DNA from: Podarcis erhardii
Taxonomy: Eukaryota
Reading direction: 5' to 3' (one strand)
DNA: 64,000 nucleotides
NCBI GenBank assembly: GCA_964252035.1
Contig: OZ176210.1
Part shown: positions 38,942 to 50,200 of the stretch, piece by piece
How the letters are laid out: every line of letters begins with the position of its first letter
Numbering within the stretch: position 1 is the stretch's first letter
Made by a program: the position numbers and the translations under genes
Notes under the pieces: generated by a model
Told to the model about the DNA's origin: nothing
Databases searched by the model: none
Seen by the model: only the letters and a program-made list of their open reading frames with translations

Positions 38942-40135
38942 TATTTAGAAAACAGCTTAAATTGAGCTGGTTTTCTAAATGAATAAATATACACGGAAAA
39001 TTATTCGGAGCCCAGAACTGGTCCATCACTGCATACACATAATGCAGACTACCTCAAGAAAACTGAGCTTGCCTCTCATTCATTTTTAAACTCACCCAGC
39101 GATAAAAACACCGCCAAAGAAAAATAGTCAGCAGTGGGGCAATCCGCACACCAATTACCAAAGCACCAGCGACAACCCTTTGACAGGCTCTTAAATCTCT
39201 GAATGCAGTTGGCAAGACTGGCTTTTAAACAGCCTGCTACAGTAATTCCAGTTTTCACTGCTTTCAACTCAAGAAGATGCAACTGTGTGTGTTTTAACAC
39301 AAAGTGAAACTGCAATTACTAGGAGTGTTTTTCTTCGTCTGCTGAAGAGGTATAAAGTTCAGAGCAGCCTTTGAAGTAGCCTTTCATGCAGTCAGCGATG
39401 GTTACAGTCCAAAATGTGGAAGAGACTGGGGCACCAGGTTGGGGGAGACAGGTTTGGAGGACCAGTAGCTCTGTTTGGAAGAGAACTCAGCCAAGTTGGA
39501 TCCCCGAAGCAACCCTGCTTCCCCAGCTTTTTGATGTCAGGGATGATGGGAGACGTTCCAAGAGCATTTGGAGGTCACTCCATTGGCTATCCCTGCTCTA
39601 ACCATACCAGCTCTAACCTACCCTAGGCTAACTTTACCCTAACTCGCAGTGTGGTGCTAAATCACTGATCCAAGCAAAATTTCCATTGTTTTTTTAAAAA
39701 GGTTAAATCCTAAGCTAGCTTTTAAAAAAAGGGGAGAATTTTATTTGATTTTCAAAGCCTACAACCCAGAAAGTCTGCAAAACTATGACCTCCTTTCATC
39801 TAAATATTTTAGCTACTCTACATGATAAAAAACAACCAGGTGCGACCTACCTAGCATTTGAGCCTCTCATGACTGTATCTCATTACTTTTCCAGATTTTT
39901 GGTTTATCAAAGCCTTTGATGAGATTTATTCGATTCCTTTGAAATGCAGAGTTCACGCCCACATCAGTGTGGGTTCCAATAAAACAGAATACATCTTAAC
40001 ATTGCCTCCCTTCAGGATCGCCTTTAGTCTTTTGAAATTACTTTTGCTAATCATCCTCATGAAATATTGCAAATATAATTTTTCGCTCCCTCTGCTTGCC
40101 AGCCTTCCTCAGTAGTGAGAAAGCCCAGCTCTGTA

Positions 40136-40378
40136 CAGTGGACCCTCTGGATACGAATTAAATTCATTTCGGGGGTCCGTACTTAACCTGAAAAGTCCGT
40201 AACTGGAGGTGCTGCTTCTGTGCATGCACGTGGCACAATAGAGTGCTTCTGTGCATGTGTGCGGTGCGCAGAGCGCTTCTGCGCATGGCAAAACCCAAAA
40301 GTATACACTTCCGGGTTTGCCATGTTCGCAATGCAAAAGGTACGTATCCAGAGCAGTATGTAACTCGAGGGTCCACTG
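40136..40378. mobile_element. Tigger/mariner-type MITE
   Basis: TA|cagtggaccctc...gagggtccactg|TA. Confidence 0.85.
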
Positions 40379-41025
40379 TACTTACAAGGTTCATTTAGCA
40401 GAGGGAGTACTGGAGGGTTTGGGCCCATCTGCACTATGCATTTAAAGCAGCATTGCACCACTTTAGACAGTCATGGCTTCCCCCAAATTATCCTAGGAAC
40501 TGTAGCTTGTTAAGAATGCTGAGAATTGTTAGAACACTCCCCCACCCCTCTTTAGAGAGCTACCATGCAAAAACTCTCAAAGTGATACGTAAACTTCTCT
40601 GCCAAGCAAGTAGTATGATGAACCATTAATATATTTATGTTATTTTCACTTGCATTTCCATGGTTATGTCTTCTTATAAACTATGGCTGAAACGAATGAA
40701 AACACGTCCCTCTTCTGCAGAATTATTTAGGTTTGAAACCTAGTTGAGACATAGGTTGCATGAGACTGAGCTAAGATGCAGGAAAGAAGCTCTCTATAGC
40801 TGCTTTGTTCCTCCCTGGTCCTTCTCTTGCAGTGCTCTGCTGAGCTAAGCTAAGCCAATCCTTGGCTTAGCATGTTATCTGAACTGGGTCTCACAGTTAA
40901 GCTCTTGCTGTGCTAACCACAAGATGCAGCCAACAGCCTATGTGTTTGTGCCATCTCGGTAAGCCATAGTTTGGCTTACCACATTGCATGAATAATTGAG
41001 CTGCAGAGTTGGAAGCTGTAGAGTT

Positions 41026-41359
41026 GGGACGCGGGTGGCGCTGTGGGTTAAACCACAGAGCCTAGGACTTGCCGATCAGAAGGTCGGAGGTTCGAATCCC
41101 CGCAACGGGGTGAGCTCCCGTTGCTCAGTCCCTGCTCCTGCCAACCTAGCAGTTCGAAAGCACGTCAAAGTGCAAGTAGATTAATAGGTACCGCTCCTGT
41201 GGGAAGGTAAACAGCATTTCTGTACGCTGCTCTGGTTCACCAGAAGCTGCTTAGTCATGCTGGCCACATGACCCGGAAGCTCGGCCAATAAAGTGAGATA
41301 AGCGCCGCAATCCCAGAGTCGACCACGACTGGACCTAATGGTCAGGGGCCCCCTTTACC
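41026..41359 (+). mobile_element. Sauria SINE, full length
   Basis: Near-identical to 32375-32727, with agagtt on both flanks. Confidence 0.92.
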
Positions 41360-41485
41360 CAGAGTTGGAAGGGACCACAAGGGTGATCTAGTCCAACCCC
41401 CTGCAATGTAGGAGTCTTGTGCCCAACATGGGGCTCAAACCCACGATCCTGAGATTAAGAGTCTCATGCTCTACCGACTGAGCTA
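41360..41485 (-). mobile_element. tRNA-Lys(CTT)-derived SINE with a CR1-type 3' tail
   Basis: Minus strand reads tagctcagtcggtagagcatgagactcttaatctcagg..., then gggttggactagatcacccttgtggtcccttccaactct. The acceptor stem is absent and the T-loop is mutated. Confidence 0.75.
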
Positions 41486-41671
41486 GTTCTTCAACAATAA
41501 CACTCTCTGAAGTAGTTCGCTACCTTCCTTCTTTGCTCATGCTCTTGCAAATGCAACCATTAAACCTGTCAAAATGCTTTTTCAGAGATTTCAGCTCTGC
41601 TGGGGCCTATGGTCTGCTGATGTGTCACTGTCACTCTATGTGGCTCCCATCGACTCAACTGCTCTGATGTC

Positions 41672-41844
41672 CAGTGGTGTAGCGTGGGGGGTGCACGGGG
41701 GGCCGGCCACACTGGGCGCAACATCTGGGGGGGTGCTCGCACTAGCTAATCTAGTGGAAGAGACTCGAGTGCTAAAATCCATGGGTTAGGGGGCGCAAAT
41801 TACTTGCCTTGCCCCGGGTGCTGACAACCCACCCTACGCCACTG
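41672..41844. mobile_element. hAT MITE
   Basis: cagtggtgtagcg...ctacgccactg TIRs, 8-bp duplication ctgatgtc on both sides. Confidence 0.88.
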
Positions 41845-44778
41845 CTGATGTCACACCAATGTCATAATAGGGAGCCTAATAAGCCCTGGACAACCCATAT
41901 GATGATGATGATTTATACCCCGCCCGTCTGACTGGGTTGCCCCAGCCATTCTGGGTGGCTGGAGATAGCTGGAAGCGGGGCATTGGGAAACCTCAGCACT
42001 CCAAAGTCTATGGGATGTTTAGTTCAGCCAAAGATCATGGGAGAAAACAGCTGGGCAAAACAAAGAAGCTCCCAACAGGTCAGAAGAAACTTTCCTGGCT
42101 GCTTACTGGTGGAAGAAATGAAAAGAAATCAGCAGCCTTTTTGATCAGCAATTCCCTCCATGGCCAGGGACGAGACAAATATGACCTCCTCCCCTTACAA
42201 TCTGCTGGGTTATTTGCCATATGTAGAGGGGCATCTTTCTTCTCCTCTTACCATAATATAAAAAAATATACCCCAGGTGATTTAACGGGCAAGACGATAC
42301 CTTTTCTATGAGCCAAGTAAAAAGATGAAAGCTTGCAAATTGCACAGAACTTTTCATACAGTTGGGTGTTCAAGCCAAAAGAGGGATGGGAAAGAGGGGG
42401 AAAAAATAGCTGACTGAGCTAATGCATGGCAGTACATTGATCTTACCCAAGGTCAGAAGGCTTCCCAGCACCACCACTTGGTCCTTATATGGGAGTGAGC
42501 TGTCAACCATAGCATTTGTTTAGTATCCTATGGTCTTCTGTCTCAAATAGGATCATCTGGGTGGCTAACAAATCAAAATAAAACCAACCCAGCACTACAG
42601 CAAGTGTATGGGGGGGGGCTCGTTTAATTTCACTGCACACAGGTTGTGTAATGACAATAAAGGTTTATTACTTATTATTATTATTAAGATAAGATCCAAA
42701 GAAAAACCTGAGAAAATAGCCAGCAGCAGCAACAAAAATGAAGAGCAATTAAGAGACCAAATCCAAGAGCAAGCAGATCCACAAGCCTCCCATAAAAAGA
42801 CTGGTGAACCATGATCTTCTGAACCTGGTGCCTAAATACGCTCCATGGGATAATGAACAAAGGTGAAAAGATCCCGTCTCCCAGTCCCACACTGTTCCAC
42901 ATGATGCAATGGGTGGGCATTCTCCCCCAAAATGCAGCACGTGGGCATTTGAAACACAGCCTAAAATAAGCTACTATTGCGAAAGCCAAGAATGCGCTAC
43001 GTTGGCAAATTTGGACCTCCGAGCCATAAAAAAGGGTGGGTTGGATCTCTTCCTGGGTGTCCAATTGCAATCTCAAATGCAAGAAAGAGATAAAAGCCAC
43101 TGAGGTCCATTTCTCCTGTGAAATTAAGCAGGTTTTTAATCCAATGCAAACAGTGCTTCCAGATTGTCACTATTTTGCTGGAGACATTAAAGTGCATATC
43201 AGAACTTTAGGTTTGTACATCCTAATGCAACAAAGCCACTTATTAAAAAGCAGAGCTTTTGCGGTTTGGAATGTGGTGATGAAATGTACCAAAAACTGTG
43301 GGATGGATGAATGATTAATGGGAAGCAGGCAAATTGGGATGAATGCTCATTGTTGCATAACCACTCTGAAAACAAATCTGAATGCATGCTCACTAAAAAC
43401 CAGATATAATTTACCATAACCTCCATGTGAGCTTTGCAAAAGCAAACCAGGATGAGTGCTCAAGAAACTGGTTATCCTGAGCAGACCCTAACCCTATCAT
43501 GATTTAATAACAGCATTTTAAAATGTCAACATTCATTATTTAGCGTCTGAGAAACACACCACTTTTCTTTCTGCTTCCGTTCCATCGCATCCACTGCACA
43601 CACAGAAATTAAAGAGATAAAAACCTCTGAAGTTAATTGCATCTGTGAAATTAAACAAGCTTTTGATATAACATAATTAAACGTACCTGTTAATGGCACT
43701 AAAACGTTCACTATTAAGGTATGAGAAATTAATAGCTTCTCTGTTCATCGAATCCACTGAACACACAGGAACATACCCAAACTCTGCCCTAATCCACACC
43801 AGCTACAGCTCACTATTCCCATTCCATTTACCTGTCAATGTCCGCCAATCTGCATCCTGAGTGAAGCACTCACTATATTTCTCTGTACCCAGAAACAGAT
43901 TTGATCCAAAATGAAAAATGTTTGGAGCCTCTGTAAAAAGCAAGTCAGAATCCTTTGCCCCCCAGAGTTCCAAATTATCAGAGTGACAGGCAGCCTCTAA
44001 CGTGGAACGGAGCCTGCAAGCTAATACAGAGCAACCGAAGCTCTGAAATAGCCAAAGCTATTTTTACATCCATGTTAATACAGTACTTCTGGCATTTCAT
44101 TCACTGACTAATCCACCCTGGATTTGCTTAATGCTGTTCCCATATCAGCCTGCCACAAGTAATGACACCTGTTTGGTAGCCTCCAAATATTATAGGGAAG
44201 CAGCAGGAGGGCTGGATATACCAGGAGGCAGGCTAAGCAGCTGTCTAGTGGCCTCGGATATTTAGGGACCTCAAAACCTCAGAGGGAAAAACCTTGTGCG
44301 AAAACTCAGTGAAGACAATCCCGTTTAGTAAACACTTATTCAGTTCTAATAATAAATTGCTTCCCCACTCAATGCCTCCTAAAACATAGACACGAACCAC
44401 CCCTAGCTGATTGCTGCATTACAGGAGTTTGAAGAACCTTAGGGTTCCTTCCATCTCCACAATTCTGTTCCGTGATTTTGTGGGGAAACATTAATAACAT
44501 TGCAGCGCACTTTAAATATAAGTTGAGCAGCGGGTACCACCCCTTCCTTCCCTTACAGATATCCCAAACCATGTCATAGGTGAGCTCCAGAGGAACATGA
44601 AGAAGAGAGTAGGACAGCTCCCCAGCAGCCTTCCTGCTTTGCTGTGGCTTCCTTCCTTGGCCTCCAACACTGCTGAGGCCAAAACAGCAGCGTTGATGTG
44701 AGGCAGGCAGTGGTAGTAGAGTAGGACCATTGCTGGGGAGCTGCCCCAGCCTGCCCTGCCTATTCCTCTGCAGCTCAC

Positions 44779-44890
44779 CTGGTCCATGCTGTGCCCGCTC
44801 ACTTGCTCTGCCTGCTTACCTGCCCAGGCTGCCTATCAGCAGCAAGACAAATTGCAGCGTGACCACGTCCTTACAATTTGTTTATATAGC
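44779..44890 (-). promoter_or_regulatory. Candidate TATA promoter and short first exon for NIM1K
   Basis: TATATAAA at 44888-44881, then three donors within 42 bp: CAG|gtaagc (44820), CAA|gtgagc (44803), CAG|gtgagc (44779). Confidence 0.45.
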
Positions 44891-47129
44891 TTTTTAAAAA
44901 CTCAGCAGAACATCTCAAATAACAACAGAAGCCGACAAAAAACAATTCATGAATGGAAATGTAGCTTATATTTATCATACAGTACAGGAGAGCCCTTGCT
45001 GACAGGTACATTTCATTGCTTTTAATAAAGACAACCTTATACTACCCTGGAAGGTACTTTCCACGTACCTCTTTAAGGAAGGTAAAGGAAAACTGAGTGT
45101 GAGATAGAATGGGAATCAGTATGAAGGATGAAGAAAAATATACAAGTTGGAAAGGAGCTCCAAACAAAAACAAAATCCTGGCTTTCTGCTACTGGCTCCC
45201 TGCTTCCTCTTCTTTAACCAGTTACTAATCTGCCTACTCCTTGACTGCTAAATTTACTCAAGCCTGGATTAAAACAACGGAAGGCCCTCGACTAGGAGAC
45301 CTGGGGAAGTCCAAATTTAATAGCATTTGATCATGAAAACAAAACCTCGTACTTCTTTACTGTTACTAAGCAACTGGGCCCAGACAGTAAAATCTGCTTG
45401 TATTTAAAAAAAATGGCAGGAGGCCAAGGACCCCCTAGACTAGGAGGCCATGGGGTGCAGCCCACTCAGCCTATATGTAAATCCAGCCCTGACTGGACCA
45501 TTCCTACGCATGTGCTTATCAACACACCCCAAGAACAGTTAAGGTTGGGGAGGCAGGACTTTCTTTTGCAAAAGACACACTGATTCCTCTGCAGCAAGGC
45601 TTGTTCTTCAGTGTGCTTCATTTAGTGTTGCGTTTAATAAATGATCCCACCAATTCACCCAGAACAGATGTTTAATAAACTGGCTTGTGTTTTCCTGGAT
45701 CCTCCCTGCAATACTTTAAAAAAAATAAATAAAGTTTATACATATAGTGCTGTTAATTACCTTTAAAGCCCTAAACAGCTTGGGGCCAAGATACTGAAGA
45801 ACCATCTTCCCCCATGTGAACCCGCCTATCTTTCAATATCAGCTTTTAAAGGTGTGTTTGGCAGCAACATGCAAAGAGTGCCTTTTATTGAACAAAGCCT
45901 CCTATTACATTCATGGAACTTATTTGCCCCCGAGAGATTAGATTATCTCCTTCTCTTTGCTTGTGTTCTGGCAGCACTGAAAAACCATGCTTTCTCATTA
46001 AGCCCTTTGAGATCTTACTGCTGTTCAAGTTACGTCGTTCTGGCTCTTGTTATTTTTAAATGCTATCTTTAGAGTCAAGATGTATTGCTATTCCATCTTA
46101 TCCATTTTTAAAATCATCACGTAGTATTCATACTCCAAAGGTCAACGTTTGTTAAGATTTGTAAATGCGGGATTCAGAATTGGGGCCATTTTCTTCTTCT
46201 TCACCTGCCTGCAGACATAATCAAGCCTCTTAACTTCTGGCACAGCCTTTAAAGTACATGGCTTATCATCAATCCACAGGAACATTTCGAGAACCAATAT
46301 TTTCCCACTTGGGCAGTATGCCAGAACATCTATCTGGTTACCTCTGCTGTCAAAGCCATGATGTCTTTTGTCCCAACGTCCCACAATGTTCTACAAGACA
46401 AGAAACCCAAACAAAAAGTTAAGAGTTGTTGCAGTGAGCTGGTGCAGATGTCCCCTATTTCACCTTGGCAACTATGCAACTTTAGCGATGGCAACTTCGT
46501 GGGAGTTATAGTCCAAAACACCTGGAGCACAAAAACAGCTGGAGAAGGCTGCTGTGCAGAACTATTACTACAAAGACACAATCCTTGTGGATATTTATGT
46601 TTTTTATAAAACTAGCTTAACATCTTCTTAGTGGTATTGCACTGTATTTGTGAAGTTGACAGTTCTGCATGTCACTCCATCCTCCACTGGCTTGGATTTT
46701 AAATCCATGCACTTTCCATATCAGGCAAGCCATATTTCAGAGGGTATTAATTACTCTTACAAAGGGCATTAATTAATTAGAGGGATGCAGGTGGCGCTGT
46801 GGTCTAAACCACTGAGCCTCTTGGGCTTGCCAATCGGAAGGTCGGCTGTTCAAATTCATGTGATGGGGTGAGCTCCCCATCACTTTGTCCCAGCTCCTGC
46901 AAACCTAGCAGTTTGAAAAGCACACCAATGCTAGTAGATAAATAGGTACCACTGTGGCAGGAAGGTAAACGGCATTTTCATGCAGTCTGGCTTCCGTCAT
47001 GGTATTCTGTTGCACCAGAAGCAGTTTAGTCATGCTGGCCACATGACCCAGAAAGCTGTCTGTGGACAAACAAAACAAAATAAAAAAATTCCTTCCAGTA
47101 GCACCTTAAAGACCAACTGAGTTAGTTCT

Positions 47130-47169
47130 AGGTATGAGCTTTCGTGTGCATGCACACTTCTTCAGATAC
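47130..47169 (-). ncRNA. Second, inverted copy of the hammerhead motif (NIM1K pre-mRNA sense)
   Basis: Exact reverse complement of 47221-47260. Confidence 0.65.
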
Positions 47170-47218
47170 ACTGAAACAGAAGTCACCGGACCTTTCTATA
47201 TAGTGAGAAGGTGGGGAG

Positions 47219-47260
47219 GGGTATCTGAAGAAGTGTGCATGCACACGAAAGCTCATACCT
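47219..47260 (+). ncRNA. Minimal type I hammerhead ribozyme motif (Penelope-associated)
   Basis: GUAU-CUGAAGA-A-GUGUGC AU GCACAC-GAAA-GC-UC-AUAC. Stem I GUAU/AUAC, stem II hairpin, palindromic AGCU stem III. Predicted cleavage after C47254. Confidence 0.7.
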
Positions 47261-48279
47261 AGAACTAACTCAGTTGGTCTTTAAGGTGCTACTGGAAGGA
47301 ATTTTTTTATTTTGTTTTGACCATGGCAGACCAACACGGCTACCTATCTGTAACTGTGGACAAACACCAGCTCTCTTGGCCTGAAAGCGAGATGAGTGCC
47401 GCAACCCCATAGCCGGTATAGTGCAGCATGCGGGGGATTCACTGAGCTGGCAGCTCGGTTTGGGGGGCGGCTCGTGGGTCGTTAAAACTGTCTTCGTGGG
47501 CTGCATCCAGCCCATGGGCCGCACATTGCCGACCCCTGATCTAAAACATAGCAGAGGGGAAATTTGAAATGTGGCAAATGGGGACTGCTAGGCCCATTGT
47601 GCCACACACCAGTCTTACCTGAAGACCAGGAGAATTCTTTCATCACCCAATATTTCAAAAAGTCTCAGGAACCTGAATAAAGCTTACAGATGGCGTGATC
47701 AATCAAGCCATATTTGGGCATGGTAGAAATTTGGGAGCTACACGCAGAAAAAGAGGGGTTGTTGTGGAGCAGAGTGTGCTAAATCCAGCCCCCTTCCTCC
47801 TCCACCCCCTCCTCCTCAAGTTGGAGGGCCACTGTCTGAAGCAGAGACCCTCCTGAACTCATGGTGGCTGCACATGCAAGGTAGAAGCTGCGGAAGATTA
47901 GGGTCCCTACATCGTGCAAGGAGCCCAAGCAAGAAGAAGTTGGCTGCCCAGTTCACATGCTCACTACTCTTCAACCCAAGGCTAGCACACTTTCCCCATA
48001 AACTATTGCTCCTCTGCCTCCTTGTGAATGGAATTTTCCCGTTTCTATAACCCTTGAATACGGCTCCAGAACTGAGGCTAGATACAGAGGAGGGAACTGG
48101 ATAAGAGAACCCCAGGCACTCCCACAGGACATGTTTAACACGCGACTTGGCAGCAGCTGCACCATCAGGTGCAGCGGAGGGAGTGATGGGAAGCAGGGGT
48201 GGCCTAAAATAGGGTGCATTTTATCAAACTGCGCCAGTTGCCTTGTGGCCACAAAACAAAGCACGCCAGCTGCGTATGT

Positions 48280-48650
48280 TCAAACTACCCCCTTGGAATC
48301 GCACCCTGCTTTGTGACATTTCTGAAGCTAAGCAGGATTGGGTGCAGCAGCACCGGTTCCCGAAATGAAAGGGTGCTTGGCAACCTCCAGTACGGTGTCC
48401 TGAGTTCCAGAGAGAGAAGGAGCAGGAAACGGAGAGGAGGAGGTGGAGAAGCAGTCATTTGTAAGCTGCTGCTGAATCCACACTGTGTGAGAGAGAAAAG
48501 AAGCTGGGCTCTCACTGGCCTTATAGCCCCTTATTAGATTCTGCCCCATTGATCTGGAGTGCGTTGTGGGGCGGCCGTGCAGGAGAAGGAGGCAACAACT
48601 TCAAGTATAATACTACAGGCATGCACCGAGCCCATTAAGATGCAAATTGC
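48280..48650 (-). promoter_or_regulatory. Candidate TATA/GC-box/octamer promoter
   Basis: TATAAG 48525-48520, GGGGCGG 48568-48574, octamer ATGCAAAT 48640-48647. A pyrimidine-rich Inr-like stretch lies about 30 nt downstream of the TATA, and CpG is locally elevated. Confidence 0.4.
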
Positions 48651-49304
48651 CTACCCCTCAGTTACGAGGTTTGGGCTCCTCCGTGAGATTACAAGCAAAG
48701 GGTCCTCGGTTTGAAAGAGCTGCTTTAAAAAGTTCCCATAACCCTTACAGAATTCCCACAACCCGGCGCTGTTTTTTCACATGTGCGCACAGCAGCAAAA
48801 GGCGCAGTTCTGAGAGCAATTACTTAATGCTCCAGAGATTAGCTGTCTGCCTCATCCTGAGTCCATATTATTCAAGAGAGAACAAAGGGGAACGAGACAC
48901 ATGAATCCATCAGCCCTATAGCGCTAACTTTCCTGTCATAGGCATTTATGAGCCTCTACAACTCCATGTTCCTCCTGGGGCAGGGGGGAGTTTATTCATA
49001 GTCTGCTGAAGTAAAGACTATGCAATGAAAGAAGTTGCGTCGCTGCCCCAAACTGGGAGGCTGCTTCAGATGCAGCAAAGTCACATGCAGGGTCTTCTTG
49101 TGCAACTGCGGTTAAGATCTGCATCGTGCACTCGGCAAAAGGGACAAAGCTAAGAACATAAGAATATTCTACTGAATCAGGCCAAAGGCCCATCTAGCCC
49201 AGCATTCTGTTCTCACAGTGGTCAACCAGATGCTTGCAAGCAGAACCTGAGCACAACAGTACCCCCTACAGCATATACACATAGTTGTGATTCCTAGCAA
49301 GCAG

Positions 49305-49400
49305 TCATAGAATCATAGAATCATAGAGTTGGAAGAGACCACAAGGGCCATCGAGTCCAACCCCCTGCCAAGCAGGAAACACCATCAGAGCACTCCTGAC
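49305..49400 (-). mobile_element. CR1 3' end, young copy
   Basis: (tcataga)x3 terminal repeats plus gttggaagagaccacaagggccatcgagtccaacccc. Confidence 0.75.
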
Positions 49401-49670
49401 ATATTGCCTCTGACAGGAGAAGCTGACTGTTCAAAGCTACCCAACTCTGCTGTGCTTAAGAGGCAAAGAAACCTCTGGTTTCTGCTGCCGTTCCCACAAA
49501 CTGAGAAATTTTAGGTAGTTACAGAATGAGATTCCTTGTGTTTGGTGTGTGTGCATGTGCTTACACACACACACACAGGGAGGGAAGACTGAAGGTGCAA
49601 ATATGTGAATAAATCATATTTCTTAAAGCTATGATGGTCTCTGCCACATCTTCAACCTTTTATTATTATT

Positions 49671-50200
49671 AAATAATTTTTATTGATTTTACAATTTTAA
49701 CTTCACCAAGTATTCTCCATAGAGATAATACAAGGGGGGGGGATAAAAGGAAAATAAAGCAAAAAAATAAAACAGAATATAAACAAACCTTAATCATGAC
49801 ACATTTTCAGTATATATAAACATATTTTGGAGGTTCTCTTTAGCTTCCTGACTTCCCTCCTTCTCCTTTTCTGGTTCATTAAATAAGTATGTTTTCTTAT
49901 TTTTCTTAATAAGTATGGTTTCTTATATAAAACCTCTTTTTTTTCTTATATTATCAATATTTAACAAACTACCATCATACATTAATATTTCAAATAGCCT
50001 ATGTTAGACTCATTATTTAACACTTGCAAATTTTTCTATTTGTATACCATATTTTTGTACATATACAATAAATGTTTCCTAACCTTTTTTAAATTTCTCA
50101 CTGCCATTGTCTCTGAGCTTCTCTGTAAGCTTTGCCAACTTGCCTTCAATTCTCCAAAGGAGCAGAGCCCCTGGGCGGGTGCCTGGAATCTCGGCAGAGA
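49671..50200 (-). mobile_element. L1-type LINE 3' fragment
   Basis: Minus strand carries an ORF2-end-like stretch (..LAKLTEKLRDNGSEKFKK..) followed by an AT-rich UTR and tail. Confidence 0.55.

Larger units (their letters stand above)
47071..47353 (+). mobile_element. Penelope-like element remnant with an inverted pseudo-LTR, inserted in a Sauria SINE
   Basis: Perfect 99-bp inverted repeat (47071-47169 / 47221-47319), a Penelope-type end (cagaccaacacggctacctatctgtaac), and a flanking duplication ctgtggacaaac (47060-47071, 47354-47365). Confidence 0.8.
46782..47412 (+). mobile_element. Sauria SINE interrupted by the Penelope insertion and truncated by a hAT MITE
   Basis: Head at 46782. The body resumes at 47354 and stops near 47412. 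Confidence 0.85.

Noticed and set aside
41415-41485. tRNA-Lys(CTT) gene
   Set aside because: The 5' acceptor-stem strand is missing, the T-loop reads TTTGA, and it is fused to a CR1 tail, so it is a SINE or pseudogene.
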